A DNA stretch of 63,708 nt, the filler included, from Octopus bimaculoides (Eukaryota), in NCBI RefSeq assembly GCF_001194135.2. It is 7 parts of 7 records of this genome, joined end to end, with 100 filler letters (N's around TTAATTAATTAA, not from the genome) between each part and the next. Parts side by side here need not be neighbours in the genome. Positions count along the whole stretch, not along the records: positions 4,760 to 24,894 come from NC_068984.1; positions 24,995 to 46,297 come from NC_068983.1; 5 more parts are not named here. The stretch is one strand, 5' to 3'. Positions 11,706-25,280 of the stretch are shown here, piece by piece. The notes below the pieces were generated by a model, which did no database searches, was not told where the DNA came from, and saw only the letters and a list, made by a program, of their open reading frames with translations. The first letter of the stretch is position 1. Every line of letters starts with the position of its first letter. A program made the position numbers and the translations under genes.

Positions 11706-12374
11706 TCACTCAAATAAGATAACTATTACATGGGGGTTAGTATTTTAAAGCAAGTTTTAAAATAATATTTACTAGTCGGGCGACTAAATAGTGAGAGGAG
11801 ATTCAAACCGTAGAATTCATTTCGTCATAGACTTCAAACTTCACCTTACGGATTAGGCTGAATAAGATTTTGGGTGAGACTTGAAGCTTCTGTGGACTCG
11901 AATTTTACATAACACATACATGCATATGTATGTATGTGTGTATGTATGTATGTATGTATGTGTGTATGTATGTATGTATGTATGTATGTCTGTATGTATG
12001 TATGTAGGTAGGATCCGTGGGGAAGTTGTGCGTTGTCATTACCATATTTGCAAGACAATCTGAAAAAGTTTCTTGTTTTGGAAGACGATCAATACTTACT
12101 AGGATTTTATAACAAGGAAGAGCCGTAGAATATTGGGAATATTTGGAGTGTTGTAACAATTTTTCAAGCTATTTATGTCAAAATATCAGGTATTTATAAT
12201 TTATTATGGAAATTGAATGAAATAAATGGTATCACAAACCTGTCTTAATGTAACTTTCATAAACAGTACCTTTGAAATTGGCTCTAAATATTTTATATTT
12301 TATCTGCATATTCTTCATCCAGTTAAACGAGGACGTCGTGAGATGAGAAAAAGAAATAAGATATTACTACTGCC

Positions 12375-12422
12375 ATCTCATGCATTTCTAATATGATTAT
12401 TCACACTAGAAATGCATGAGAT
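12375..12422. repeat. Perfect 16-bp inverted repeat with a 16-nt loop
   Basis: atctcatgcatttcta-atatgattattcacac-tagaaatgcatgagat. Confidence 0.9.
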
Positions 12423-13804
12423 TTGTTGAAGTTCTTTGTACCTAAAACGGAAGTGATATTCTTCGTACCATATTTGCAGAGTAGCTTGATACATTTTATG
12501 TGTTCACATAAGTTCACCATAGGTAGAAGATTGAATGGTTGTGCTACAATTTAAACGATTAATCGAAATCCACAGAACTTCTTAAGTCTTGTAAGAGTTT
12601 TTGAAGCTAAGAATAGATAGCATGATACAATCTATGTCAAAACCTCAGCCATGTACAATTCATTATGAAAAGTTAGCGAAGTAGATTGTAATTTAAATCT
12701 GTACTGTATGGCTTTTTAAAATCCTTTTGCACCTCCCCGCCCCATCACACACACAAACAAACAAAAGCATACACACAAACGCGCAAGCACAACCAGGCGC
12801 AAATGCACGTCCAACTGCATGTTCAATCGAGATTCTTGTTAGTAAGCGTTTGTTAAGGCAACCAAATTCATAATTGTGAGAAACTTAGACAATCGGAGAA
12901 GAGAATCAGTCACTTCGGACATAAATACAAACCTTACTTCATGTATTGACTACTCAATCTTTTGTTTGTACACATACATTTGCGTATGTGTGCACGTGTA
13001 GATCCATCTATCCATCCATCCATCTATCCATAGACAAGATTTGTAAGACATTCCAAGGATTCTCCGAAAATGCTGGGCTTCGTCAATAGGATTCCGTATT
13101 AACTACAATAATGTAACTCAGCAAATTTATACCAAAGAAAGAAATGGTATGCATACGGTATACAGTCCACTTACTGATTCCAGAGCTGAGTTGCATCTCC
13201 CATGATACCCATCTGCAGTCACATGGACTGAACTGAGCCGCCGAAATTTAAGCGTCCGTGGACTCAAGCTTCATGGATTCTATTTTACTAAATCACTCGA
13301 CATTTACCGAGTCGACCGGATGCGGTGCTACTTCATATACATAGGTACCTCCATCCATCTATCGATGCATCCAGCCATCATCCATCTATCCATCCATCCA
13401 CCCATCCATCCATCCATCCATCCATCCATCCATCCACATACACTGAAACACATGCACATATTCAATGTCCTGTTTTACGAAACCAACCATCTGTACTTAA
13501 TTAAGCTATTAAATACAGCTCCTCTAACTCACTAAGGAAAAAGTATTTGAAATAAATACACTGTAACGGATTAATAATTTATTAAGAGGTTATTATGACA
13601 TTATACGACTGGCTGTGGTGTCAGGGCAAAATTCCTTAAATATTAATGGCCAATATCGCGACCTGAATTTCTTTCTTTATTTCTTTATTTTTATTCATTC
13701 TCCAGCTCCATTGCATTTATTATGTTTTTTTTTTGTGATGGTGGTGGTGCTGGGGCTGGATTTGCTTTACTTTAAATTTCTGGATTAATTCATGTCAACT
13801 TCAG

Positions 13805-13969
13805 CATGGAGGTGATCCGACATCGGTTTGGAGGAGATTAGTTGTTGCTCATGCGGCTTATACTTTTGCAAAATGCCTGAATACTGCAACATCCTTTGAA
13901 ATCAATGTGGCTGATGATCCATTGATAGAGGACCGTAATCTCTATGCAGATCACATTCTTTTATTACAT
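13805..13969 (+). CDS. Putative internal coding exon (phase 0-0, 55 aa) of an unidentified gene
   Basis: cttcag|...|gtacgg; 165 nt; open frame HGGDPTSVWRRLVVAHAAYTFAKCLNTATSFEINVADDPLIEDRNLYADHILLLH; higher GC and complexity than the flanks. Confidence 0.6.
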
Positions 13970-14025
13970 GTACGGATAATAAATATATAAAAGAACTTCA
14001 CAAATACGTGTGTGTGTGCATATGC

Positions 14026-14093
<68 letters not shown>

Positions 14094-16041
14094 NNNNNNN
14101 NNNNNNNNNNNNNNNNNNNNNNNNNNNNNNNNNNNNNNNNNNNNNNNNNNNNNNNNNNNNNNNNNNNNNNNNNNNNNNNNNNNNNNNNNNNNNNNNNNNN
14201 NNNNNNNNNNNNNNNNNNNNNNNNNNNNNNNNNNNNNNNNNNNNNNNNNNNNNNNNNNNNNNNNNNNNNNNNNNNNNNNNNNNNNNNNNNNNNNNNNNNN
14301 NNNNNNNNNNNNNNNNNNNNNNNNNNNNNNNNNNNNNNNNNNNNNNNNNNNNNNNNNNNNNNNNNNNNNNNNNNNNNNNNNNNNNNNNNNNNNNNNNTGA
14401 TGTCCTATATCTCAAGAAGGAAACGAATAATCTGGAAAGATTTTGATTACAGGGTCTCCTCAATCAGATCTGATTTGGGACTAAAAATACAACACCAATG
14501 GTGGCGATGATAACGACAACTGTGGCGGCAGATAACAACATAGAACATAAAAAATACTATAGAGCAACAATAAAAAAAAAATTTAAAAGAAATCACAAAG
14601 CAAAATATAAAAAAAAACAAAGCAAAGAAGCTAGTGAAGAAAACAACTAGATAAAAGTATATAAAACACGAATAAAATGAGTAAATTATGAGAGAATAAA
14701 GCTGATTTGAAATGAGAAGGAAAAAAGCTAAAGGGAAAAACGCAGACAAAAAAGAGAAAATACAAAAAAAAAATTGGAAAAAAGTCTGAGGAAATATATA
14801 TAAAAAAATACGATATCAAGATATATGTTCCATGAAGATTGCACCTGTTGATGTTAACTAGTGTTGATTTGGGTCACTAGACACACTTGAGAAGTGGAGG
14901 GGCTGACAATCTAACTGGTAATTACATCGGTGATATAGGTTAATAAGATAATTAACAAACACGAAATAAACAAATAAATGATATAACAATAACAATAATG
15001 ATAATACGGAATACTAAGTGTAGTTAATTTTGGTGTTGTTGTCGTCGTACACGTGCTTCTTCGCTTTATTAAGTGGACAAAGAATTCCAGACGTTCTTAC
15101 AGACTTCATCATACATACCTATGATCGGCTGGATGGCAAAGAATGTTTCTCAGAATGCTATAAATCGTCAGCAGCCGTTCTTGCTGTTACTGTTACTGCT
15201 ATTACTCCCACTACTAGGTTGTGAGATAAATTCGTTCGTCCCTCCCCCACACCGTTTATTTTAATACTTTCCAATGTTATTTGAATGAACACGAAAAATA
15301 TTTTTTATTGTACTGTTTTATGGTTTTTGTAGTTCCATTCTTCTACAGCTTTTGATTGTCGCTTATGAAATTTGAATTTTACCTATTTTCAGGCATATCA
15401 TGATGATGATGATGATAGCTTGCCATGTAGGAAAAAAAAAACAAAACAACGAATTTAACTGACAACCCATTACTACACAAGGAGCCTTCTGAACCACTGC
15501 ACAACCTGCTAGAAATAGCAAATCTCCCTCAAATACCTTCACCTACCATCTTTGGTCTTCATCCTTTTCGGGTGGATAAAAGTAAGTATCGATTCGTTCG
15601 ATTATATATTCACTGATATTGTGTGATAAATTGCAAAAGTAACGGGTAAATACACGTATTTGGGATATTTTCCGTAAATATTCAATTTAGGTTTACTTTG
15701 GGCATAAAGGCAGTAATAATGAAGAGAAGGGGTTTATCGATTATATCGACCTAAATACTTCGCTGGTACCTTATTTTGTCGTTCCTGAAAGGATGAAAAG
15801 CAGAGAAGTCGTTAGTGGAATTAGATCTCGGCATGTAAGAAACCAGAATAAACGCCGCAAAGAATTTAGTCCGGTGGTCTTACGATTCTGCCAATTTACC
15901 GGCCCTGTGCTGACTATTGTATTTCAGACTTAGAAGAGTTAGGATATTTTGGCACATATGCCGTTACTTAAGAACATTAATGACGTAAATACGTGAGATA
16001 GCTTCAACCAAGCCTGAAGCAGTTACAGTTTCGTCTTGTAG

Positions 16042-16155
16042 GCGTTCGAGCCAATATTTAGAATATTATATTTAGCGTTTCCTCCATTTTCTGAATTAGT
16101 CTCTTGCTTAATTTTTCTCTCAAACTATTTATTATTAATCACCGTAGCAAGAGGA
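16042..16155 (+). CDS. Putative hydrophobic coding exon (phase 0-0, 38 aa)
   Basis: tttcgtcttgtag|...gga|gtgagt; only one frame is open: AFEPIFRILYLAFPPFSELVSCLIFLSNYLLLITVARG. Confidence 0.4.
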
Positions 16156-16431
16156 GTGAGTAGAATAAATTGTTTAACCACTCACTGATCAAGGAATCTC
16201 CACCCACGAGTGATTATTTCTATAGATTTCTACAAGAAGAAAAAGTAGCTCACTTGCTATTTATTTTTATGAACGGCCCAGGAGAAGTGAAAGTAGATAT
16301 CAGTGGGATATGAAATGAGAATGCTAATAGCTGTAGACAAATATCACAAAACGTTATGTTTAATCCTCTCACGTTTCTGTAAACTCTATCAGATCAATCT
16401 CCATTGAAATATATTTTATATATACGATATA

Positions 16432-16888
16432 TTATAATCCTTTCTGCTATAGGCATAAGGCCTGAAATGGGAGGAGGTGGGGGGGTTAAGTCAATTACAT
16501 AGATCCCAGTACTCAGCTGGTACTTAATTTATCGACCTCGAAAGGATGAAAAGCAAAGTCGACCCCGGCGGAATTTGAACTCAGAACGTAGCCGCAGACG
16601 AAATATCGCTAAGCATTTCGGCCGGCGTGCTAACGATTCTGCCAGCTCGCCATTTTTATAATATATATTATAATTCTTTCTGCTATTGGCACAAGGCCTG
16701 AAATTTTGGGTGAGTGACTAGTCGATTACATCGTCTCCAGTGCGTAACTGGTATTTAATATATCGACCCCGAAAGGATGAAAGGCAAAATCGACCGCGGC
16801 GGAATTTGAACTCAGAACGTAGCTGTAGACGAAATACCGCTAAGTATTTCGTCCGGCTTGTTAGCGATTCTGCCAGCTCGCCACCTTT
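16432..16888 (-). mobile_element. Tandem pair of family 1 SINEs (about 16432-16655 and 16668-16888)
   Basis: Two full copies separated by a short AT spacer, both with a B-box-like gagttcaaattcc in sense orientation. Confidence 0.92.
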
Positions 16889-17078
16889 TAATATGTATTA
16901 TAATAGCATGTATTTTTGCGCCCCCCCCCACACTAATCTATTATTTCATTGATAACAGTTTTATTTTTAATAATTTTTTTTACTTGGTTACGGTATCAGT
17001 CAAAGAGTTATCGTGAATATATTTAATCTAAAAGTACCTTATCTATTTGACACAGCCTCTCCCTTCCTCACTTTATTT

Positions 17079-17112
<34 letters not shown>

Positions 17113-17662
17113 GTCTGTCTGTCTGTCTATCTATCTATCGAGCTAGCTACATACATGCATACATAATACATACATACATACATACATAATACATACATAC
17201 ATACATATATACAATCATGCATACACGTATATTATGTGTGTGTGTGTATATCAGTGCGTGTAAAACTTTGTCCGTGCCCGCGAATGTGTATGTGTTTTTC
17301 ACAAAAGAAACACCATTAAAAATATAATCAACCTTAAGTCACATTGCTAATTTGACTAGGTGTAAAAATATAGAATTTTCAAACAAGTAACAAGCTGAAA
17401 CCAGTGTTGTGGTTCATTATAATTGATTAAAAACCTTCCAAAATATAAGAAAAAGAGTTAAAGACGATACACGTATAAGAACACACAAGCATACACACAT
17501 ATATATTCAACAGTTGACGTGTAGCAAGCGAATAAGGATGAGAATATACAATATATCTCGTTAAGTATACAGTTTATTCAACTCGTTATGTGAATTTGAT
17601 GCCGTTCTCGCCTAGAGACTGCTGTGGAGTGAAACTTGAATAGCGAAATATTGTAATGAAAT

Positions 17663-17710
<48 letters not shown>

Positions 17711-17915
17711 NNNNNNNNNNNNNNNNNNNNNNNNNNNNNNNNNNNNNNNNNNNNNNNNNNNNNNNNNNNNNNNNNNNNNNNNNNNNNNNNNNNNNNNNNN
17801 NNNNNNNNNNNNNNNNNNNNNNNNNNNNNNNNNNNNNNNNNNNNNNNNNNNNNNNNNNNNNNNNNNNNNNNNNNNNNNNNNNNNNNNNNNNNNNNNNNNN
17901 NNNNNNNNNNNNNNN

Positions 17916-17968
<53 letters not shown>

Positions 17969-18432
17969 GTGTGTGTGTGTGTATGTAAGTATGTATGTAT
18001 ACACACATACGAAAACACACGCGCACACACACATACACACGCATACACGCACACACACAGACACACACACACAGAGGCACGCACTCCACCACGAACACAT
18101 ATTCATACACAAACACATACATATGCAGACTGACTATGATATTTCTTACATATGTGTGTGTATTTTAATGTGTGCGCGTGTCTATGCTTGAATGTATGTA
18201 AACATACAACCTTGAAGTAGGGGATCGCAATACCAGTAATGTAAGATGTAGTGTTCCCCCCTCCCCAAGAATGCAATAAATTTTGCCATATATATATCAC
18301 TAAAGAATTTTTGTAATATACAAAAAAAAAAACACATTTACATGAAGCGTATGTACAGTTTTTGTGTATGCACAAATTTGCATATAAACATAGAAATATG
18401 TATGCACAAGTGTGTTTGTGAGTGTGTGTTTG

Positions 18433-18523
<91 letters not shown>

Positions 18524-18999
18524 GAATTTTCTGTTATCTTCTTTTTTTTTTTATCTCGGACACTCATTTCGAGTAAATTACATTTACTTATTGTATCAAT
18601 TTTCTTCATTTAAAGGCAGAAAAAGAATTCGAAAAGAAATGGAAAAATGAAAATAAAAAAAAACACTCTTCCTGTGCAGATCGCACCATGTAGCCATTCC
18701 AAGACATTAAATCTCTTCAATTTAATCTATTTTCTAACATTTCTACCCTCCCCCGTCCGCCTCCACTACTACTCACTATTTTCATATGTCTCTGTAAACC
18801 ATACTCCAGTTCAAAACCAATGGGAATTAGTTTTAGATAGACGTGGAAATATATCTTGCATAATAAAAATGTTCAGAATCACCAGATTATATTTTCATTT
18901 TGGAGACGCCTTTCTCGGACAACAATGAGATTGCTTATAACCGGCTTATTACTTCCATGTATGAACACATTAGCAACCTACTTATATCTCTATGTGTTA

Positions 19000-19030
<31 letters not shown>

Positions 19031-19241
19031 GTGTGTGTGCGTGTGTGTGTGTGCGTGCGTGTGTGTGTACATGTATGTGTGAATGTTATTACAGACAAAC
19101 ATACATACAAACACATAAATAATACGTGCATATATATATATAAGTACACTAGTAAGCCCGCACAGAAACTTGCGCGCACACACACACATGCTTAGCAGAA
19201 ATACTCGTATATATATGTAAAGATAAATATATATATATGTA

Positions 19242-19647
19242 TATATATGTGTATATATATATGGGTATTGTACAAAATATACAGATACATGTTAATGTAT
19301 GGTGTTTTCCTTTTAGCCACACGAACTGAAGATTTATGTGTTAACGACAAAAACAATAACAACAACAATAAAATCTACCACAGCATTCNNNNNNNNNNNN
19401 NNNNNNNNNNNNNNNNNNNNNNNNNNNNNNNNNNNNNNNNNNNNNNNNNNNNNNNNNNNNNNNNNNNNNNNNNNNNNNNNNNNNNNNNNNNNNNNNNNNN
19501 NNNNNNNNNNNNNNNNNNNNNNNNNNNNNNNNNNNNNNNNNNNNNNNNNNNNNNNNNNNNNNNNNNNNNNNNNNNNNNNNNNNNNNNNNNNNNNNNNNNN
19601 NNNNNNNNNNNNNNNNNNNNNNNNNNNNNNNNNNNNNNNNNNNNNNN

Positions 19648-19694
<47 letters not shown>

Positions 19695-19846
19695 GTATGT
19701 ATATATGTGTATATATATATGGGTATTGTACAAAATATACAGATACATGTTAATGTATGGTGTTTTCCTTTTAGCCACACGAACTGAAGATTTATGTGTT
19801 AACGACAAAAACAATAACAACAACAATAAAATCTACCACAGCATTC
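19242..19846. other. Identical ~147-bp sequence on both sides of an N gap (probable assembly false duplication)
   Basis: 19242-19388 is identical to 19700-19846. Confidence 0.85.
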
Positions 19847-20559
19847 CACAAGAATATGAAATACGAATAAATAAATAAATAAATAAATAAATAAATAGTG
19901 TTTCACATGAATTAATGATACTTAAATAGAAATAAGAAAAATTATATTTCTAAAGGAACTGATAGAAACAAAACAAAGATGAAATGAAAAAAATGGAGAA
20001 AATAGATTTACGACAGTAAAAGAGAAATGGTAGGACTGTCTGTAGGTATTTTCGTATGAATTTGTTTATACATATATGCATACATTCATTTATATATGAG
20101 AATGTTATACACTTTCGAAAGAATGTGAAATAATTCTATTTCTTGTCTTCTTTTGTTTTGGAATGGTATATCTTCAAGAACACACATAGAGTTATAAATA
20201 ATAACTTGTATATTTGGGGTTGGAAAGAGAAAAAAAACAAAACAAAAAACCTTTGGCTAGAAAAAGTGGAAAGCTTCCAGAGGCTTCCACTTTTTTTTAT
20301 CTAAAGGGGTTTTTCAGTCTAATATTTAGATTCTATTGTTTATAGCTTTTCAGAAAACAATAGATATATGTGAGTGTATGTGTGAGTGTGTATGCGTGTG
20401 TGTGTGTGTGTGTGTAGGTGTGTACACGTATTCTTAAACAATTTATAGGTGTGAGTGTGTGGCTGTGTGTATATGTGCATAAATCTCTGTTGATTCATCA
20501 GAAGCGATAAATCACAGGACTCAATAGAAATGCAGAGTATTCTTTACTGCATTATAAGT

Positions 20560-21599
20560 GAAAGTCTCCGATTTCCAGTACTCAGCGTTACACATTTCTG
20601 ATCATCAGCTTTTAGACCGAACCTGGTTTTCTTTTGAAATAGCCACTGTCTGAATATTTTTAGAAATATCTCGATTTCTAAAAGTTACCAGATCTTTCGC
20701 CTACAAAGTTTGTAAGGAGCTAGAGACTGAAGATGGAAACGTATCACCAGTATCAAGTGATAAAAAGCATTCTAAACGCTCTGAAATCATCAGAACACTT
20801 GAGTTTATTCAGCAAATTCAACAGAACATTGATTACAATCCCCGAAAGTCCGCGAGGTCAATTGCAAAGGATCTCCATGTTTCAGAAGGAACAGTCAGAA
20901 ATGTTGTCCACGAAGTTATCAGATATCAGTCTCATGTGATGAGGAAAGGTCAATTTGTCCGAAAAAGCAAAAGAAAATCACTGCATCAGATGTAAAAGGC
21001 TCTTAAACAGACTGAATAATCCAGAAGATTTGATTTGGTTTTTCTCAAGCGAGAAAATCTTCGACCAAGATCAAAAAGTTAACAGAAGAAATGACAGATG
21101 GTTATGTGCATACAAAATTTCCTTCAACTCTCATGATTTTTAGGGGTTGTCATCAATGAAGGACATATGATGCATCCTTACTTCTTTCCACAAGACCTTA
21201 AAGTTAACTCTGCCGCCTACATTGAGGTCCTGGAAATAATTGTTAAGCCCTGGATAAACAGTGTATGCAATGGAAGGCCATACGTGTTTCAGTAAGACTC
21301 TGCACTATCACACAAGGCTCTAGTAACACAGGATTGGATGGCTGAAAATTTTCATGATCACATAGCCCCTAACATTTAGCCTCCTAATTCCCCACATCTC
21401 AACCCATCGGACTATTACATGTGGAGCGTTGTTGAGAGAGAGGTCAATGAACGCGCCCATAACACCAAAAATTCTATGAAAGCTGGCATAGCCAGAGTAA
21501 TGTCCAAAATGAACCAGAAGCACTTAATTCGAGCATGTAGATTATTTAGATCTCATATAGAAGCAGTTGTTGAAGCTGAAGGTAGCTTTATTGAATAAC
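20560..21599 (+). pseudogene. Decayed Tc1/mariner transposase, DD37D (maT) family
   Basis: HTH region PRKSARSIAKDLHVSEGTVRNVVHE; WFFSSEKIFDQDQKVNRRNDRW; YVFQ*DSALSH...(W>*)PPNSPHLNPSDYYMW with 37 residues between the 2nd and 3rd Asp. Contains stops and frameshifts; the TIRs were not resolved. Confidence 0.9.
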
Positions 21600-21767
21600 A
21601 TTATAGAAAAGAAGGTTTATTTTTATCCTCATAGCATTTTTTTATAAATAAAGTTATTATGTGTTATTATACATCTATTTCTTTTATAAACATACATATA
21701 CATATACTTACATGCACACTCTTACACACACACACACACACATACACACACATACACATGTGCTAAC

Positions 21768-22006
21768 GGTTCTCATTTCTTTACTGCACACAAGGGGCTA
21801 CACACAGAGGGGACAAACAAGGACAAACAAACGGATTAAGTCGATTATATCGACCCCAGTGCGTAACTGGTACTTATTTAATCGACCCCGAAAGGATGAA
21901 AGGCAACGTCGACCTCGGCGGAATTTGAACTCAGAACGTAAAGACAGATGAAATACCGCTGAGCATTTCGCCCGGCGTGCTGACGTTTCTGCCAGCTCGC
22001 CGCCTT
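21768..22006 (-). mobile_element. Family 1 SINE with an alternative 3' tail
   Basis: Head and core match family 1, but the sense tail is ccgtttgtttgtccttgtttgtcccctctgtgtgtagccccttgtgtgcagtaaagaaa. Confidence 0.92.
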
Positions 22007-22236
22007 AACTCAAGTGAGATACTGAAACAAAAATGTCTTCGTCATGAACACTTCACAATGCCGATAATAGGATACATATTACTTAACATTTTTGACTGTA
22101 GGCTGTCACCTAGGGTCTCACGTAAATTCAGCTAAGTCAGCCCTTCATGCACAAATAGAAGAAATAAATGATTGAAAAAGAAGAGAAGACCATTCTAGCA
22201 ACAAGTCCCAAGCTGATTGGATATTTCTATTTACAG

Positions 22237-22322
22237 TTTCGTATTTCACCGCGAGGAATTCGAAATTTGAAAGAAGATGTCTCCACGCAATAATTTCAAA
22301 GATATGTTGACGTCCTGTGCAG
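22237..22322 (+). CDS. Putative exon; either a start exon (ATG 22277, MSPRNNFKDMLTSCA) or a terminal coding exon (FRISPRGIRNLKEDVSTQ*)
   Basis: Strong tttctatttacag| acceptor and cag|gtaaaa donor; no frame is open across the whole exon. Confidence 0.35.
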
Positions 22323-22917
22323 GTAAAAGTGTGTCTATCGCTCATTAAAAGCTATGTATACTAACATAAGCTTCAGTTTTATCAGAAAGTTTTGCTTAGA
22401 AATGAAAACCATATGGGCTATAAAAGTAAAGACGTCTATCATGATTCTATTTACATACCGAGACAGCTAGATTTTTGTTTATATCATTTTGCGATATGCT
22501 CCCTCCCTCGACATATGAGTAATCAATCATTATTTTTATCGAGCTTACATTGGGTATCAACTTGTGATTAGAGAGACCGGAGGCCAGAGTAAGTGACCCG
22601 ATAAGATGATACTTTAATCGTAACTCTCTAACAAACACAAAACAAATGTGTACAAATGATATCCCAGATGCTAAACGGGATTGAAAGTTATGTTAAGATA
22701 AGCTACACAAGATATCAAAGTAAGTACTAGATTCAGCAGAAACTTGCGATGGTTTGTGTCGAAAAGATTCAGTTCAATAATATTTACAAAGTGGAATGTT
22801 TGTATGAAATGAAAAGTGAATACTAAAGAATCGAGCTTGTTCTAAACGGTAGAATCCCTTCTCCTCACCTAGCTATGATGAATTACGCCACAAATTCATG
22901 CTCACGTTGTTAATATT

Positions 22918-23126
22918 GATTTCAAATTTTAGCACGAGGCCAGAAATTTCGTGGGTAAATCGTGTACGTCGACCCTAGTGCTCAAGTGGCACTTATTTTA
23001 TAAACCCTGTGAAGGATGGAAGGCAAAGTCGACTTCAGCGGAATTTGAACTCAAAACATAAAGACGGGCGAATTACCGCTAAGTATTTTTCCCGGCGCGC
23101 TAAGGATTTTGCCAGCTCACCGCCTT
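22918..23126 (-). mobile_element. Family 1 SINE (diverged)
   Basis: ggcaaagtcgacttcagcggaatttgaactc...gccagctcaccgcctt. Confidence 0.85.
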
Positions 23127-23460
23127 GACCACGCTCTTAATAGTGACTTCTAATATAGGTGCAAGGCCTCACATTTGAAGAAAGGGCGTAATAGAATTAT
23201 ATCGACTCTAGTACTTCACTTGAGTGGAAAGCGCATAGTCTTGTGGGTTATGACGTTGTACACGTGATCATAAACTTTGAGCAAAGCATTTCGTTTCCGT
23301 TGCTCTGATTCCACTCAGTGTAAGCAACAAATAGGAGTTAATGCTGCAACGGACTGGCATTCAGCTTAGTTGGCAGTGGTGTTGTATGCTCTCAGCCACC
23401 TAAACCAGGATAAGTACCAGCCTAATGAAACTACAGGATCTAAATAAATTTAAACTTCAA

Positions 23461-23548
23461 TTTTTAACTTTATTAATACGTATTTTTAACGTATTAATAC
23501 GTATTTTTTAATTAACATGTAATACGTATTTTTAACTTTATTAATACG
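23461..23548. repeat. Minisatellite, ~21-bp unit tttttaactttattaatacgta, about 4 copies
   Basis: Read directly. Confidence 0.8.
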
Positions 23549-24994
23549 GCATGATTTAACCTTGGCAGTATGTGAAATCAGAATATGAATGGGCGAAACT
23601 GAACCCCGCACCATATTTTGTCCGGTACTAAACCAGTCCCGCCAATACACTTCCATTTTGGTGTTTTATGGTTAGGCAGGAGAGAAACTTTAAAAGAGAG
23701 TGGTATACTCAACTTTAACTACTCCAGTCCTTTACCAGTACACACACACACACACACATATACTCAACGCTAAAAACATCGAAAATCAAAGGTGGCTTCG
23801 TTATTATTTGAACTGAGATGTTTGTATTTATTAAAGGAAATACTGAGAGAGTACCACAATAATGACTGAATGAGTCAAAATTATTTGTAGAAACAAAAAC
23901 ATTAAACGGAATTGTTTACTTCCATAGTAAACATAGTGTTTCATTTACCGTAATATTTATGTATCATATTTACTTAAATAATATATTAGAATGTTTGAGA
24001 TTATATCTCACACGAGAAAAAGTGTGTGATATATAAACATTATCAGTCACGTGATACATCTAATTTTTACTACATAAAAATAAATAAAGCCTGGAATTTT
24101 GCGCGAGATGAAATAGAACACAAATCCCACAAAAACAAAAATAAGCAAAGTAACGACGCAAAATTTAGCTTTCTCTAAGATATAAATAAAGCTTGATTAT
24201 TTAAATAAACACACATATAATTTACCCTGTTTAGATCTTTAAACCTATATTACATTGCTTAATAGAAGTATGATTGTAAGTCTAACGTAAATATGAAGCT
24301 TAATTTGTATGATTAAGAGAAATACTGTTGTTGATACTGCTATTTAATCCTGATCTAATTGACTGACAGTCAAAGATGTTCGTGTCATGACCATCTTCAT
24401 ATTTTTCAACATAGAGTGCAGACCACTTGTGTGTGTATGTGTGTGTGTTTCGTTAGACAGTCGTATATGATTTGGGATAAACCTTGCTGTGATTTCCACC
24501 AGGTTGATTACACCATTACTGTTATTCTCAATGATGCGCGCGCACGCACACACATACACACACAATTCAGGATTTCGCATTTTCACATGAAATACATAAC
24601 ACGCTGTATTTTATTATTATTTTTTTTTAGATGTTTAGTTACTCCGATACGATGCAGCTCCATATTGCGGTTAATTTTGAAAAATGATGCTAAATGTGAG
24701 ATGGAACCAGATCTTGGGCACGATTCGTTATTTTTTTTTTTATCTTAGACACAACCACTCCACCCAGATTATGTAGGAAAAGGGACAGCCAGTTATAACG
24801 ATTCTAGTTCTTTCATGCTACTTATTGCATCGACCTCACTAGGATGAAAGGCTATGTCAATTCCAATCCCTCAGAATGTCAAGAACTAAATATCNNNNNN
24901 NNNNNNNNNNNNNNNNNNNNNNNNNNNNNNNNNNNNNNTTAATTAATTAANNNNNNNNNNNNNNNNNNNNNNNNNNNNNNNNNNNNNNNNNNNN

Positions 24995-25280
<286 letters not shown>

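Noticed and set aside
15030-15264. Two overlapping ORFs (GQRIPDVLTDFIIHTYDRLDGKECF...)
   Set aside because: Protein-like, but no convincing donor and the frame is ambiguous. Not called, though a real exon is possible.
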